This document shows positions 54,796 through 64,000 of a stretch of DNA of 64,000 bases, one piece after another. The stretch is from Rebecca billardiae RCC1528 (lineage: Eukaryota > Protista > Haptophyta). Below the pieces are notes generated by a model. It saw only the letters and a program-made list of their open reading frames with translations. It was not told the origin of the DNA and did not search any database. Position 1 is the stretch's first letter; every line of letters starts with the position of its first letter. The stretch is from the NCBI GenBank assembly GCA_965240325.2, contig OZ251222.1, forward strand, positions 3,844,001 to 3,908,000, given 5' to 3'. Both the position numbers and the translations under genes were made by a program.

Positions 54796-56680
54796 ATGCG
54801 CAGCGCTCGCGTCGCTGCGGAGCCTCAGGAGGCTCTGCGCGCGTCGAGCGAGGCGCTGGACACCTGCCCTTCGCCCTTACGCTCGCCGCCGGCACTCGAC
54901 GCAGCCAAGGAGAGCTCGGCCGCTCTTGGCGCCGCGCAGTCGGTGCAGGCGCATCTTACGCACGCCCACGACGAGGGGCGGCGGCGCCGATGGAGAATGA
55001 GCGCACCCCCGCTCATCCTCGGCCTGACGTGCGCGCACGTCGTCGCGCTCATGTACATCCTGGCCGAGGTGGGCGTGGTCCGACCGGTGGCGGCAAACAT
55101 CGCCTCGGCGGCCGCCGTGCCGTTCGGGATCACGCCGCACTTTGCGCTGCTGCCATCGGACCGCTGCCTGATCAAGTTCTTGTTCGCTGTCGCGGTGGCG
55201 GGCTTGCTCGCGCACGGCGCGCTCTTCTCGCGCGAGGCCGCCCTCCTCGTCCCGCGCGCATCGCACGGCTGGGCGCGCGCCTTCTTCTTCACGTCCGTGC
55301 TCGTCTCGACCCTGGTCGACGTGCTCGGCGCCGCGTACTTTGCGCGGCAGCTGGCTCGATCGACCGGCAGGCTGGGCACGGCGCTCCTAGAGCAGCTGTG
55401 GCGCGGCACGGGCCTCGTCGCCGCCGGGTACGCCCTGCTGCTGCTGCCGGTCAACGCGGTCGTGTGGGCGTGGGTGGGGCCGGAGGAGGTGCCCTCGCTC
55501 GGCGGGTCGGGCGGGCTCGGCGGATCGGGCGCGCTCGGCGGCCCGCTGCTGACGGTGCTGCTGATCGAGTTCAGCGCGGTCGCGTACGTGTGCTTCCGCC
55601 CGAGCCACCGCGCGTTCATCCAGGCGAAGCTACTCCAGCGAGGCGCGGAGGTGTCCGCGGCGGCGGGCATCGCCGCCCTCACCTCGGGCCGGAGCACGTA
55701 CGCCGTCGTGGCCGCGGCGAGCGGCCGCTTCCGCGGCGTGCGGCTGGACCGGCTGGAGCCGGGGCACATCCGCGACAACAGGCCGAGCGCCGTGCTCAGT
55801 GGCCTCGCCGAGCGGATGGAGCTCGGGCGGATCGACGCGTTCGTCTCGCACTCGTGGCACGACGACGCGGGCGCCAAGTACGACGTGCTCCGCGCGTGGG
55901 GCGAGGCGTTCCGCGAGGCGCACGGGCGCTTCCCTGTGATCTGGCTGGACAAGGCGTGCATCGACCAGCGGGACATCGACGCGGAGATCGCGCTGCTGCC
56001 GGTGTACCTCGCCGGGTGCAAGCAGCTACTCATACTGTGCGGGGACACGTACCTGACGCGCCTCTGGTGGTATGCGCCGCGCCGAGCGCCGCGCTGCGTG
56101 CTGCGCGCGCCCAGCGCGGGCGGGCGGGCGGACTGAGCGGCGCCCTCTCCCTCGCACCCGTGTGCGCAGCGTGATCGAGCTCTTCGTCTTCTTGCAGATG
56201 GGCGGCACGCACATCGAGATGCTCTCGCTCAAGGCAGACGGGCCGGCGCTTACCGCCTTCGACGCGCACGCGTGCGAGTGCGCCGTGCCCGCGGACAAGG
56301 AGCGCATGCTCGCCTTCATCGAGGCCGCGTGCGGCAGCATGGACGAGTTCAACGCGCAGGTGCGCTCGATGCTCGGCATGCACTGCACGACGTGCCCAGA
56401 CACGCAGGCCGTGCTCATGCGCTCCGCGCCACGCCTGAGCAGGCGGGGCAGCCCGCTGCTCCCCCGGATCGCAAGCGGCCGCCGACGCCCGCCGAGCGAG
56501 GAGTCCCTTGCCGCTCCGCCCGGCCGTCGGACACATGTCGATGAGTCCAACCATCATCATCATCCCTCGCGGGCGGCCTCGTCGGACTCGGTCCTCGTGG
56601 CGAGTACTGCTGATGGGGCCGCTGGTTCGCAATCTGCCGCCGGGCCGCCTGCGGCAGATATTGATGATTCGCCGTGCTGA
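54796..56680 (+). CDS. Multi-pass membrane protein with C-terminal TIR-like domain
   Basis: About 6 hydrophobic helices precede DAFVSHSWHD, WLDKACIDQ and LAGCKQLLILCGDTYLTRLW|CVIELF. The last motif is restored by GT-AG intron 56070-56169. Confidence 0.85.
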
Positions 56681-59373
56681 TGATATAGCGCGTTCCGACA
56701 GACGTCTCTCTCATACTGTCACAGTCATTATTCACTTGTTGAAGGCGCGCCAAGCCATCAAGCCACTGCTGACCCCCGGCCGGCGGCCACCACCCTGCTC
56801 GGGGGGGGTGCACCCTGCTCGAAGGGCTGATGGGCAGCAGGGTGGTTGGGGGGGGTTCTCGCACCCCGATTGAGCAGGCCCAAAGTTGGGTGCTGCGGCA
56901 GGCGCGCGCCGCGGGCCCGGGCAGGCCGCCGTCGCAGTGCAGGAATAAGTGGTCCCAGCCTGAGCTCTGCAGAGCGCGCCTGCGGCGCAATGACTGGCCT
57001 TCATAGCCGAGTAGTCTTCATAATCACCCATCCGTCATCTCATGATATCCGCCTAAGCGGGGGCCATCGCACCGAGCGCCACCGCGCGTGACTCGTGTCG
57101 GCGCGGCCAACCGACACCGTGACATCTACGGACTGCTCGGACGCTCGTCAGACGTCACTCCCGACTGGGACTCGACCGCCGACTGCACGAGCGGCACCCT
57201 GCCAAGGGCGGTCGGCGCGTCGCTGCTCGCGACGCACCTACCCCGAAGCAGACGCCCCACGCCGGCCCGCAAGCTCGGCCACCATGCCACCGCGTGGCGA
57301 GCGCAACCGATGCGCTCTGGGCTGACCAAGCCCGCAACCGGGAGCGGCGCGGACTCAGAAGGCCCTACAGAAGAAGTCCCCACAGAAGGACACAGTGGCA
57401 GGGTTACAACATGACTGCAGTATGACAGCTAACAGTCGATCCGGTTGCAGACTTGCAGACACTAGACAGTTACAGTCAGTGAAATAATATCGTCGTCATC
57501 AAAGTTAATCCTTTAATCAAGAGACAAGCAGATCACATCATCATGATCATCACTCATCATTATTGATTTTCGTCACTCACATATTTAATCAGCCGCCGAG
57601 GTAACTTGACATGCAGCCGCATTGAGCAGCGAGCCTCGTCAGCGGCGGCCCCGCCGGGCGCCCGGATTTTCTTATATAATAATCCGCTCGCAGCGCGCTG
57701 GCAGCAGGCCGCAGCAGCCTCACTCATGAATTTGACGAATGTTGACTTCGATCAGTTAGGGCGCGGCTGGCCGCTGGGCCTGGACCCGAGCCCGCCCTGG
57801 AGCCGTGGGCCATGACGGGCGCGCTGCTCAGACGCGCAGTCGAGTCGCCGAGTGATAATAATCGTCATCACTGATGATCGCAGATGACGATGATCGCAGC
57901 GCGTAGTCATCAGAGTCATCGTCATCATATTATTGATATATATATATATATATATCATATTTATTTATGACGACCTCTACTGCCAAGAGTGCGATGATGA
58001 GTCGTAGCTATACTGTATATACAGCAAGGCAGCTGTAAGTATACTAAGTAGTGTAACTCAGCTAAAGCTGCCTATCAGACTATAGTGTCGCATCACCTTA
58101 TAATATAAATACTAAGTAGTATGACCGCGTTCCGCGGTCCTTTTCCGTAGAACGAACGTAGTTCGGGGCCCGCGGTGGCGGTGCACTTTCCGTCGCAGTC
58201 GTCCCGTACGTAACTAGACTCCATCCAGCGGCGCGCCGCCCAGCGCCGCGCCGCCGCCGGCCCGGCCGGCCGGCCGGGCGCGGGCGCGTCGGCGGCTGGC
58301 GTGCGCCGAGTGTGGATGTCCGGGTCGTCGGCCGAGCTGCCCTCATCACAGACGGCCCTTACCTGACCCCCTGCGCGTGCGCGACGGCCGACAGGCGGAT
58401 GCGACTCGGCGTGATCGACGCACGAGCGCGACTCTTGCACGCCAGGCCACCGGCGGAGCTGACTGACTGACAGCCAGGGAGCCGACGGCGTCACGGCGCG
58501 GGACCGCGGATTCGACTTCGTTCGGGCCTGCCGCTGACCGTCGTCGCCGCGACGCCAGCAGCGCAGGAGTAGATGATCTGCAGGTCAGTAGGGTTCGACC
58601 TGCGCGCCTGCGCGACGGCCGACAGGCGGGCGCGAGGCGTGAGCGACGCATGAGCGCGACTCTACGTGCACACCAGGCCCACGCGGCCGAGCTGACTGAC
58701 CGAGCCAGGGAGCACGGTGCGAGCAGCCATGCAGCACCGGTGCTTGCGCGCGCCGCGCGTGCACGGGGTGACACACCTCGGTCAGGCTCGGCACGCGTCG
58801 CAGAGGCACGGCCAGCTCTGGGCACGCCAGGCGCCCAGGCCACGCGGAGCTGACAGCCACGGGGAGCCGACGGCGCGGGGCCGCGGCCAGTTCGACTTGC
58901 GCCTGCTCTGAAGAAGAGTTCTGGGAGACCCTGGCGGGGAGGCATGGCAAGGGGGGCGTGTGGTGAAGTCGGAGACTCAGAGATCGATCAGTCCGGCATC
59001 ATGCGCCGCTGCCCCCGAGCTTGCGAGAGCCCGAACACAGGGCGGCGGCTGCGGCGGCGGCTCGCGGCCGCGCGGCCGGCCGCGCAGGCATCGACAGGGC
59101 GCGGCAGGGGCGTGCGGAGTGACTAGTGAGCGGGCACGAACGCGATGTCGACGGCCGTCGGGACCCGCCGCAGACGCGCGCTCCAGGCGCCACTCGGCAC
59201 TCGCCACGCGCACCCGTGCCCATCGAGCGCCCCCTTGGACCGTTGGTTGGACGCCGACCGAGAGAGAGTCCGGTCGCGGCTCGCTAGTCGCTCGCCACCC
59301 CCCCCCCCCCGTGGACGCTGACTCAAGCCGCACCCACCCCAGCGCGGCGAACCCACGCCAGGGAGGGCGGGCG

Positions 59374-59833
59374 GGAGGCGGAGGAGCGCCGCTGGCTGTC
59401 CGTGAGTGTGCCGGCGCCGCCGCGGCCTGCCGCCCGGGGGCCCCGGGCCCGGGCGGGGCCGCTGTGCTCAGGCGTCGGCCGGGGCAGGGTGCGCCGGGGG
59501 GCAGTCGCGGCGGAAGCGGTCGACTGCACGACGTGGGCTGCCCTGACCGGCCCCGAAGGTGCGCCTGTCACGCCGAGGGTCGGCCCGCCTGCAGGTACGC
59601 TCACTTTCCGCTTGGTACCCGCGCCGCAAAGGCGAGCTGCTTCCGACTCACATCTCGTCGCCGTCCGGTCACTCCGGCGATGCCGCTGCGAGCGCCGAGC
59701 CCGCGTCCGGCCGGGTACCCCCACCTAGCGGGGAGGGGCACGGGCGGCGGCGGAGCAGCGACGCGGCAGTCATAACGCGATAACCGCCGCGGACTGCCAA
59801 ACCCACCACTCCCGTCGCGTCGGCCATCGCCCC
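59374..59833. repeat. 460-bp direct repeat, copy 1
   Basis: Apparently identical to 63159-63618. Confidence 0.95.
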
Positions 59834-60499
59834 ATAACCGCGCGCGCGTCGTGCTCCTTCTGGCGATCCGGTGTTACGATACGCTGATGATGCTGCAGGG
59901 GTTGCCTGGGGCCGCCAGTCGCCACGCGGGGGGCAGGGCGGCGAGGCAGCGCCCGCCCAAAGGGGCGCAGCGCCAGGCGCCACGCCGGCATGGCCGGCGT
60001 CGGCCGGCGCGGCCGAGGCCAGGCCCGGCCCCGACCCCCAGAGGCGCAGCGCCCTGCCCACCACTCCACAGCACGCCGCCGGCGCTTGGCCGCTGCGCGG
60101 CGGGTTTGGCCGCTGCGCGGCGGGTGGCGTGACGCCCCCTCCCGAGCGCTCAGCCCTTCCCAGAGGTCACCGAGAGCCCGGCAGCGACCTTCCGAGCAGT
60201 GGGGTAACCTGCCCGTCGTCGCGCGCCGGCACCGGCCAGGCGAGGCGCTGCAGGTGACCAGCAGGCCATGCGCCGTCCACTCGCCCGAAATCGCCCAGCA
60301 GCACGCGCGCACCGCCGCCGAGGCCGCCGGCCGGCAAGAGCGCATACGCCCGAGCTGCCGCGGCACACGCCCGAGCCGCCAAGAGGCTCAGGTATCGACG
60401 CCGGTTCGCCGACAACGTCGTCAATCACGCCCCGGCCGCAGACACCACGTGCGCCCATGGAAGCGCGCCGAAAAGTGTGTGCGAGACGACGCGCACGAA

Positions 60500-63120
60500 T
60501 GGTGATGGTCGCGCGGCGCACGCATGATGGTCGCGCGCGCGTGATGATCGGCGCATGATGATCGGTGCGCGCGCATGACGGCGCGCACGAATGATGATCG
60601 GCACAAGCGCATGATGATCGGCACGCACGCATGATGATCGGAGCGCGCGCATGATGAACTGATGATCGGCACATAATGACCGTGCGCGCGCGTGACGATC
60701 ACGCCCAGCGGCTCGAAGATAGACGATGAGCGCCATCACGCTCGAGCGAAGCAGAAGGTGATGAGTGAGGAAGATGGAACAGGAATGAGGGAAAGGAACG
60801 CGCGGTGCGTGACGGGAAGGATCAGGTGCGCCCGGCGCGAGGGATGGAACACGTGTAGTAGGAACGAAACGGAACGGAAAGTAGCTGCTTGAGCGCCAGG
60901 CAGAAAGTCATTGCCGATGATGAGCGCGTCCCCGCTCGAGCGACACAGAAGGTGGCGAGCGAGAAAGGCGGAGCTGGGATGAAGGAAAGGAACGCGCGGT
61001 GCGAGATGGGAAGGACCAGGAACGTGCAGCGTGAGGCAGGGAATGCACGTAGATCGGAACGGAACCGGATTGAAGGAGAGTCAGAGGAACGCGCGGTGTG
61101 ACACTGAAGTGGAACGCTCCGGACCGCGCGTAGGAACGGAACTGAAGGCAGCTGCTCGAGCGAGAGGCAGAAGGTGATTGACGATGAGCGCGTCCACGAT
61201 CGAGCGAAGCAGAAGGTGACGCGCGTGGATGACTGGCCAGGAGTGCAGGATAGGATTGGCTGTGGAGACGGAACAGACACGCGCGGCGTGAGGAAAAGGA
61301 CGCACGCGCGTCGTGTAGATCGGAACGAAACTGGAATGAAGGAGAGGAATGCGCGGCGTGAGACGGAAGTGGAATGCTCGGACCGCGCGCGGGAACGGAA
61401 ATGAAGGCCGCTGCTCGCGCGATAGGCAGAGGGTGATTGACGATGAGCGCGTTCACGCTCGAGCGAGGCAGAAGGTGACGCGTGCGGATGATTGACTGGG
61501 ATGAAGGAGAGGAATGCGCAGCGTGAGTAGATGGAAGTGGAACGCTCGTACCGCGCACGGGAACGGAACTGAAGGCCGCTGCTCGAGCGATAGGCATGAG
61601 GTGATTGACGATGCGCCCGTTCACGCTCGAGCGAAGCGGAGGGTGACGCGCGCGGACGAGAAGTTACGCGCATGTGAGGCGCAACGTCAGGCAGGCACAT
61701 GTGACGCGCGAAGAAGTTAAGCGCAGTGAGGCGCAGAGAAGACAGAAGTTATCATAGGTGCAAGTGACCCGCAAAGATACGCGCATGTGAGGCGCAAAGT
61801 TGGGCGCATGATTGTGACGCGCGGAGAAGTTAGGCGCAGTGAGGCGCAGAGAAGTTAGGCGCATGTGATGACCGTTAGGCGCAAGTGACGCGCGAAGTTA
61901 CGCGCATGCAAGGCGCAAAGTTAGGCGCATGTGACGCGCGGAGAAGTTAGGCGCAGTGAGGCGCAGAGAAGTTAGGCGCAAGTGACCGTTAGGCGCAAGT
62001 GACACGCGAAGTTACGCACATGTAAGGCGCAAAGTTAGGCGCATGTGATGCGCGGAGAGGTTAGGCGCAGTGAGGCGCAAAGACACGCGCATGTAAGGAG
62101 CAAAGTTACGCGCATGTGACGCTCGGAGAAGTTGGGCGCAGGCTGACACGCAGCCGCGCGAGTGCGGGCTCAGGCGAGCGGCGGCGAGCGGCGGCGGCGT
62201 GCGTGACACGAGCATGCCGCGTGCGAGCGGCTTGGTCCGTATCGATATGCGCCCCGCCTTCGCGCGCTGCCGAAGGACGTAGAAGTAGCAGCATGGATGT
62301 GGCCACTGCCCGCCCCGCCGAAGCGCGCTCCATCCACAGCTCGAGCGAGGTGGCGGAAGGTGATGATGAGTGCGCTCTCGCGCGAGCGAAGCAGACGGCG
62401 ATGAGCGCTGAGTGACCGCGACGGACGCCCGCGCACCGGCACCTCCCGCGGCGCCCCGCTGCGCGCTCAGCCGCCGGACGCTGCAGGAGGAGTAGCACTG
62501 ATGCACTCGTCGTCATCCCCAGGATACAAGCGCGCTCGAGCTCGAGCGAAGCAGAAGGCGCGGAGCGCGCGGCTCGTTCGAGCGAAGCAGAGGGTGGTGA
62601 GCTAGGAGCGCGCACGACGGGCGGCAGCGCACCGCTCCCTCGCGCTCCGCTCCGCTGTGCGCCCAGCGCCGGAAGCCGCAGGGGACCCCGAAGCAGCACT
62701 GGTGCAGTTGCATGAGGCCGGGCGTGATGAATGCGCTGAGGGCGCTCTCGCTCGAGCGAAGCAGACGGCGATGAGCGCTGAGTGACCGCGACGGACGCCC
62801 CTGCACCGGCACCTCCCGCGTCGCCCCGCTGTGCGCTCGGCCGCCGGACGGTGCAGGAGGACGCCGAAGCAGCACGGATGCACGCGTCATCCCCAGGATA
62901 AAAGCGCGCTGGCGCACGAGCGAGGCAGAATGCGCGGAGCGCGCGCCTCGCTCGAGCGAGGCAGAGGGTGGTGACGAGCGAAGAGCGCGCACGATGGACG
63001 GCAGCGCACCGCCCCCTCACACTCCGCTCCACTGTGCGCCCAGCGCCGGAAGCCGCAGGGGACCCAGAAGCAGCACGGGTGCAATTTCATGAGGCCGGGC
63101 GGGATGAATGCGCGCGCTGC
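60500..63120. repeat. Consecutive degenerate minisatellite arrays
   Basis: Units are GATGATCGGCGC (about 60500-60700), GCTCGAGCGAAGCAGAAGGTGA/GGAACG (about 60720-61650), AAGTTAGGCGCA (about 61660-62140) and about 360-bp units (62340-63120). Confidence 0.85.
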
Positions 63121-63158
63121 TCGCCACACCGAGGGGACACCGAGGAACGAAGAACGAA

Positions 63159-63618
63159 GGAGGCGGAGGAGCGCCGCTGGCTGTCCGTGAGTGTGCCGGC
63201 GCCGCCGCGGCCTGCCGCCCGGGGGCCCCGGGCCCGGGCGGGGCCGCTGTGCTCAGGCGTCGGCCGGGGCAGGGTGCGCCGGGGGGCAGTCGCGGCGGAA
63301 GCGGTCGACTGCACGACGTGGGCTGCCCTGACCGGCCCCGAAGGTGCGCCTGTCACGCCGAGGGTCGGCCCGCCTGCAGGTACGCTCACTTTCCGCTTGG
63401 TACCCGCGCCGCAAAGGCGAGCTGCTTCCGACTCACATCTCGTCGCCGTCCGGTCACTCCGGCGATGCCGCTGCGAGCGCCGAGCCCGCGTCCGGCCGGG
63501 TACCCCCACCTAGCGGGGAGGGGCACGGGCGGCGGCGGAGCAGCGACGCGGCAGTCATAACGCGATAACCGCCGCGGACTGCCAAACCCACCACTCCCGT
63601 CGCGTCGGCCATCGCCCC
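63159..63618. repeat. 460-bp direct repeat, copy 2
   Basis: Apparently identical to 59374-59833. Confidence 0.95.
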
Positions 63619-64000
63619 GAAAACCTGCACACGTCGGTCGTCCTTGCGACGGCGGCAGGTTTTGAGCTCGCCAGCTCGGTAAGTCAGTGACTATGGAATG
63701 GGCTGGCAACGAATAGCTGCGCGGGTATTTTCAATAAGGCTTGCGGGTTTTAGACTCTAGATAGTGATACCAACCGCCGCGAAGCCAAGTTCGTATTCAT
63801 CAAGGCGGAGGCAAACTATGATATACATGGATGTATACGAAGCGCTGTAAATGTTCTCAAGCGAATACGACCCCGTGATGAAGATTTTGCCGCTAACGAT
63901 GATGTGTAAAAATAGCCTCAAAGAAGCTGACGCTTGTATTGGACTTGTAACCGTCCTGAGACTTCACACTCACGCCCGGCCGTCCACGATTGATTAGGGG

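Larger units (their letters stand above)
58110..63618 (-). mobile_element. Large repeat-rich element C sharing its 3' terminus with element A (5' end not found)
   Basis: 58120-58185 matches 6043-6110 (hairpin GACCGCG-TTC-CGCGGTC and IR GGCCCGCGGTG). Tandem repeats follow. The right boundary is arbitrary. Confidence 0.45.

Noticed and set aside
406-56048. Many long antisense or alternative-frame ORFs (e.g. 3374-6220, 10420-13581, 49855-52473)
   Set aside because: They are Arg/Ala/Pro-rich shadows expected from very high GC and codon bias, with no recognisable motifs.
2346-56169. Enrichment of in-frame stop-free introns
   Set aside because: 4 of 13 modelled introns are multiples of 3, which is about what chance predicts.
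44753-56680. Functional cluster of Cys-loop channel, NudC and TIR-like protein
   Set aside because: Unrelated genes are interspersed, and proximity alone in a eukaryote is not evidence.
56700-57420. Possible gene downstream of the TIR-like gene
   Set aside because: The ORFs are short and inconsistent, without codon bias or motifs.
61660-62140. Telomeric repeat (TTAGGC-like)
   Set aside because: The hexamer is embedded in longer AAGTTAGGCGCA units and is never tandem.
60500-63120. Possible CRISPR array
   Set aside because: The repeats are degenerate and contiguous with no unique spacers. There are no cas genes and the context is eukaryotic.
59374-63618. LTR retrotransposon
   Set aside because: The direct repeats lack TG..CA ends, PBS/PPT, a TSD and gag/pol sequence.
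1-64000. tRNA, rRNA or snRNA genes
   Set aside because: None were recognised by eye. A covariance-model scan would be needed to exclude them.

Overview
This is very GC-rich eukaryotic nuclear DNA. I infer an alga, most likely a haptophyte, from the short GC-rich introns with GTGCGC/GCGCGC donors and GCGCAG acceptors, a bipartite plastid-targeting peptide, and the gene families present. About 21 protein-coding genes are supported: a sulfotransferase-like protein, a Myb plus two Zn-knuckle factor, a fucosyltransferase-like protein, a CCDC33-like protein, a small plastid membrane protein, two WRN-type 3'-5' exonucleases, pantothenate kinase, a UAP56-binding-motif protein, a SHIPPO/IQ protein, a spliced 99-aa CxxPGCPP protein that the ORF track misses, a Pro-rich secreted protein, a cytochrome P450, RPA12, a CRAL-TRIO protein, a Cys-loop receptor, a bacterial-type conserved protein, a NudC-type Nudix enzyme, a DNAJC16-like protein, an unknown helical protein and a transmembrane TIR-like protein. 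Highlights: (1) an intronless nicotinic-alpha-type Cys-loop channel with the full aromatic box, vicinal cysteines and an EF-hand module in its M3-M4 loop; (2) a group of rolling-circle-like (Helentron/Helitron2-type) elements with shared terminal architecture, one present as a head-to-tail dimer without TSD and carrying a truncated Ulp1 protease exon; (3) a head-to-tail junction relic of the P450 unit; (4) a perfect 66-bp inverted copy of coding sequence inside a divergent promoter; (5) four non-autonomous TIR elements and a recurring micro-duplication signature. All calls come from reading motifs by eye. No database searches were run, and intron models are predictions.
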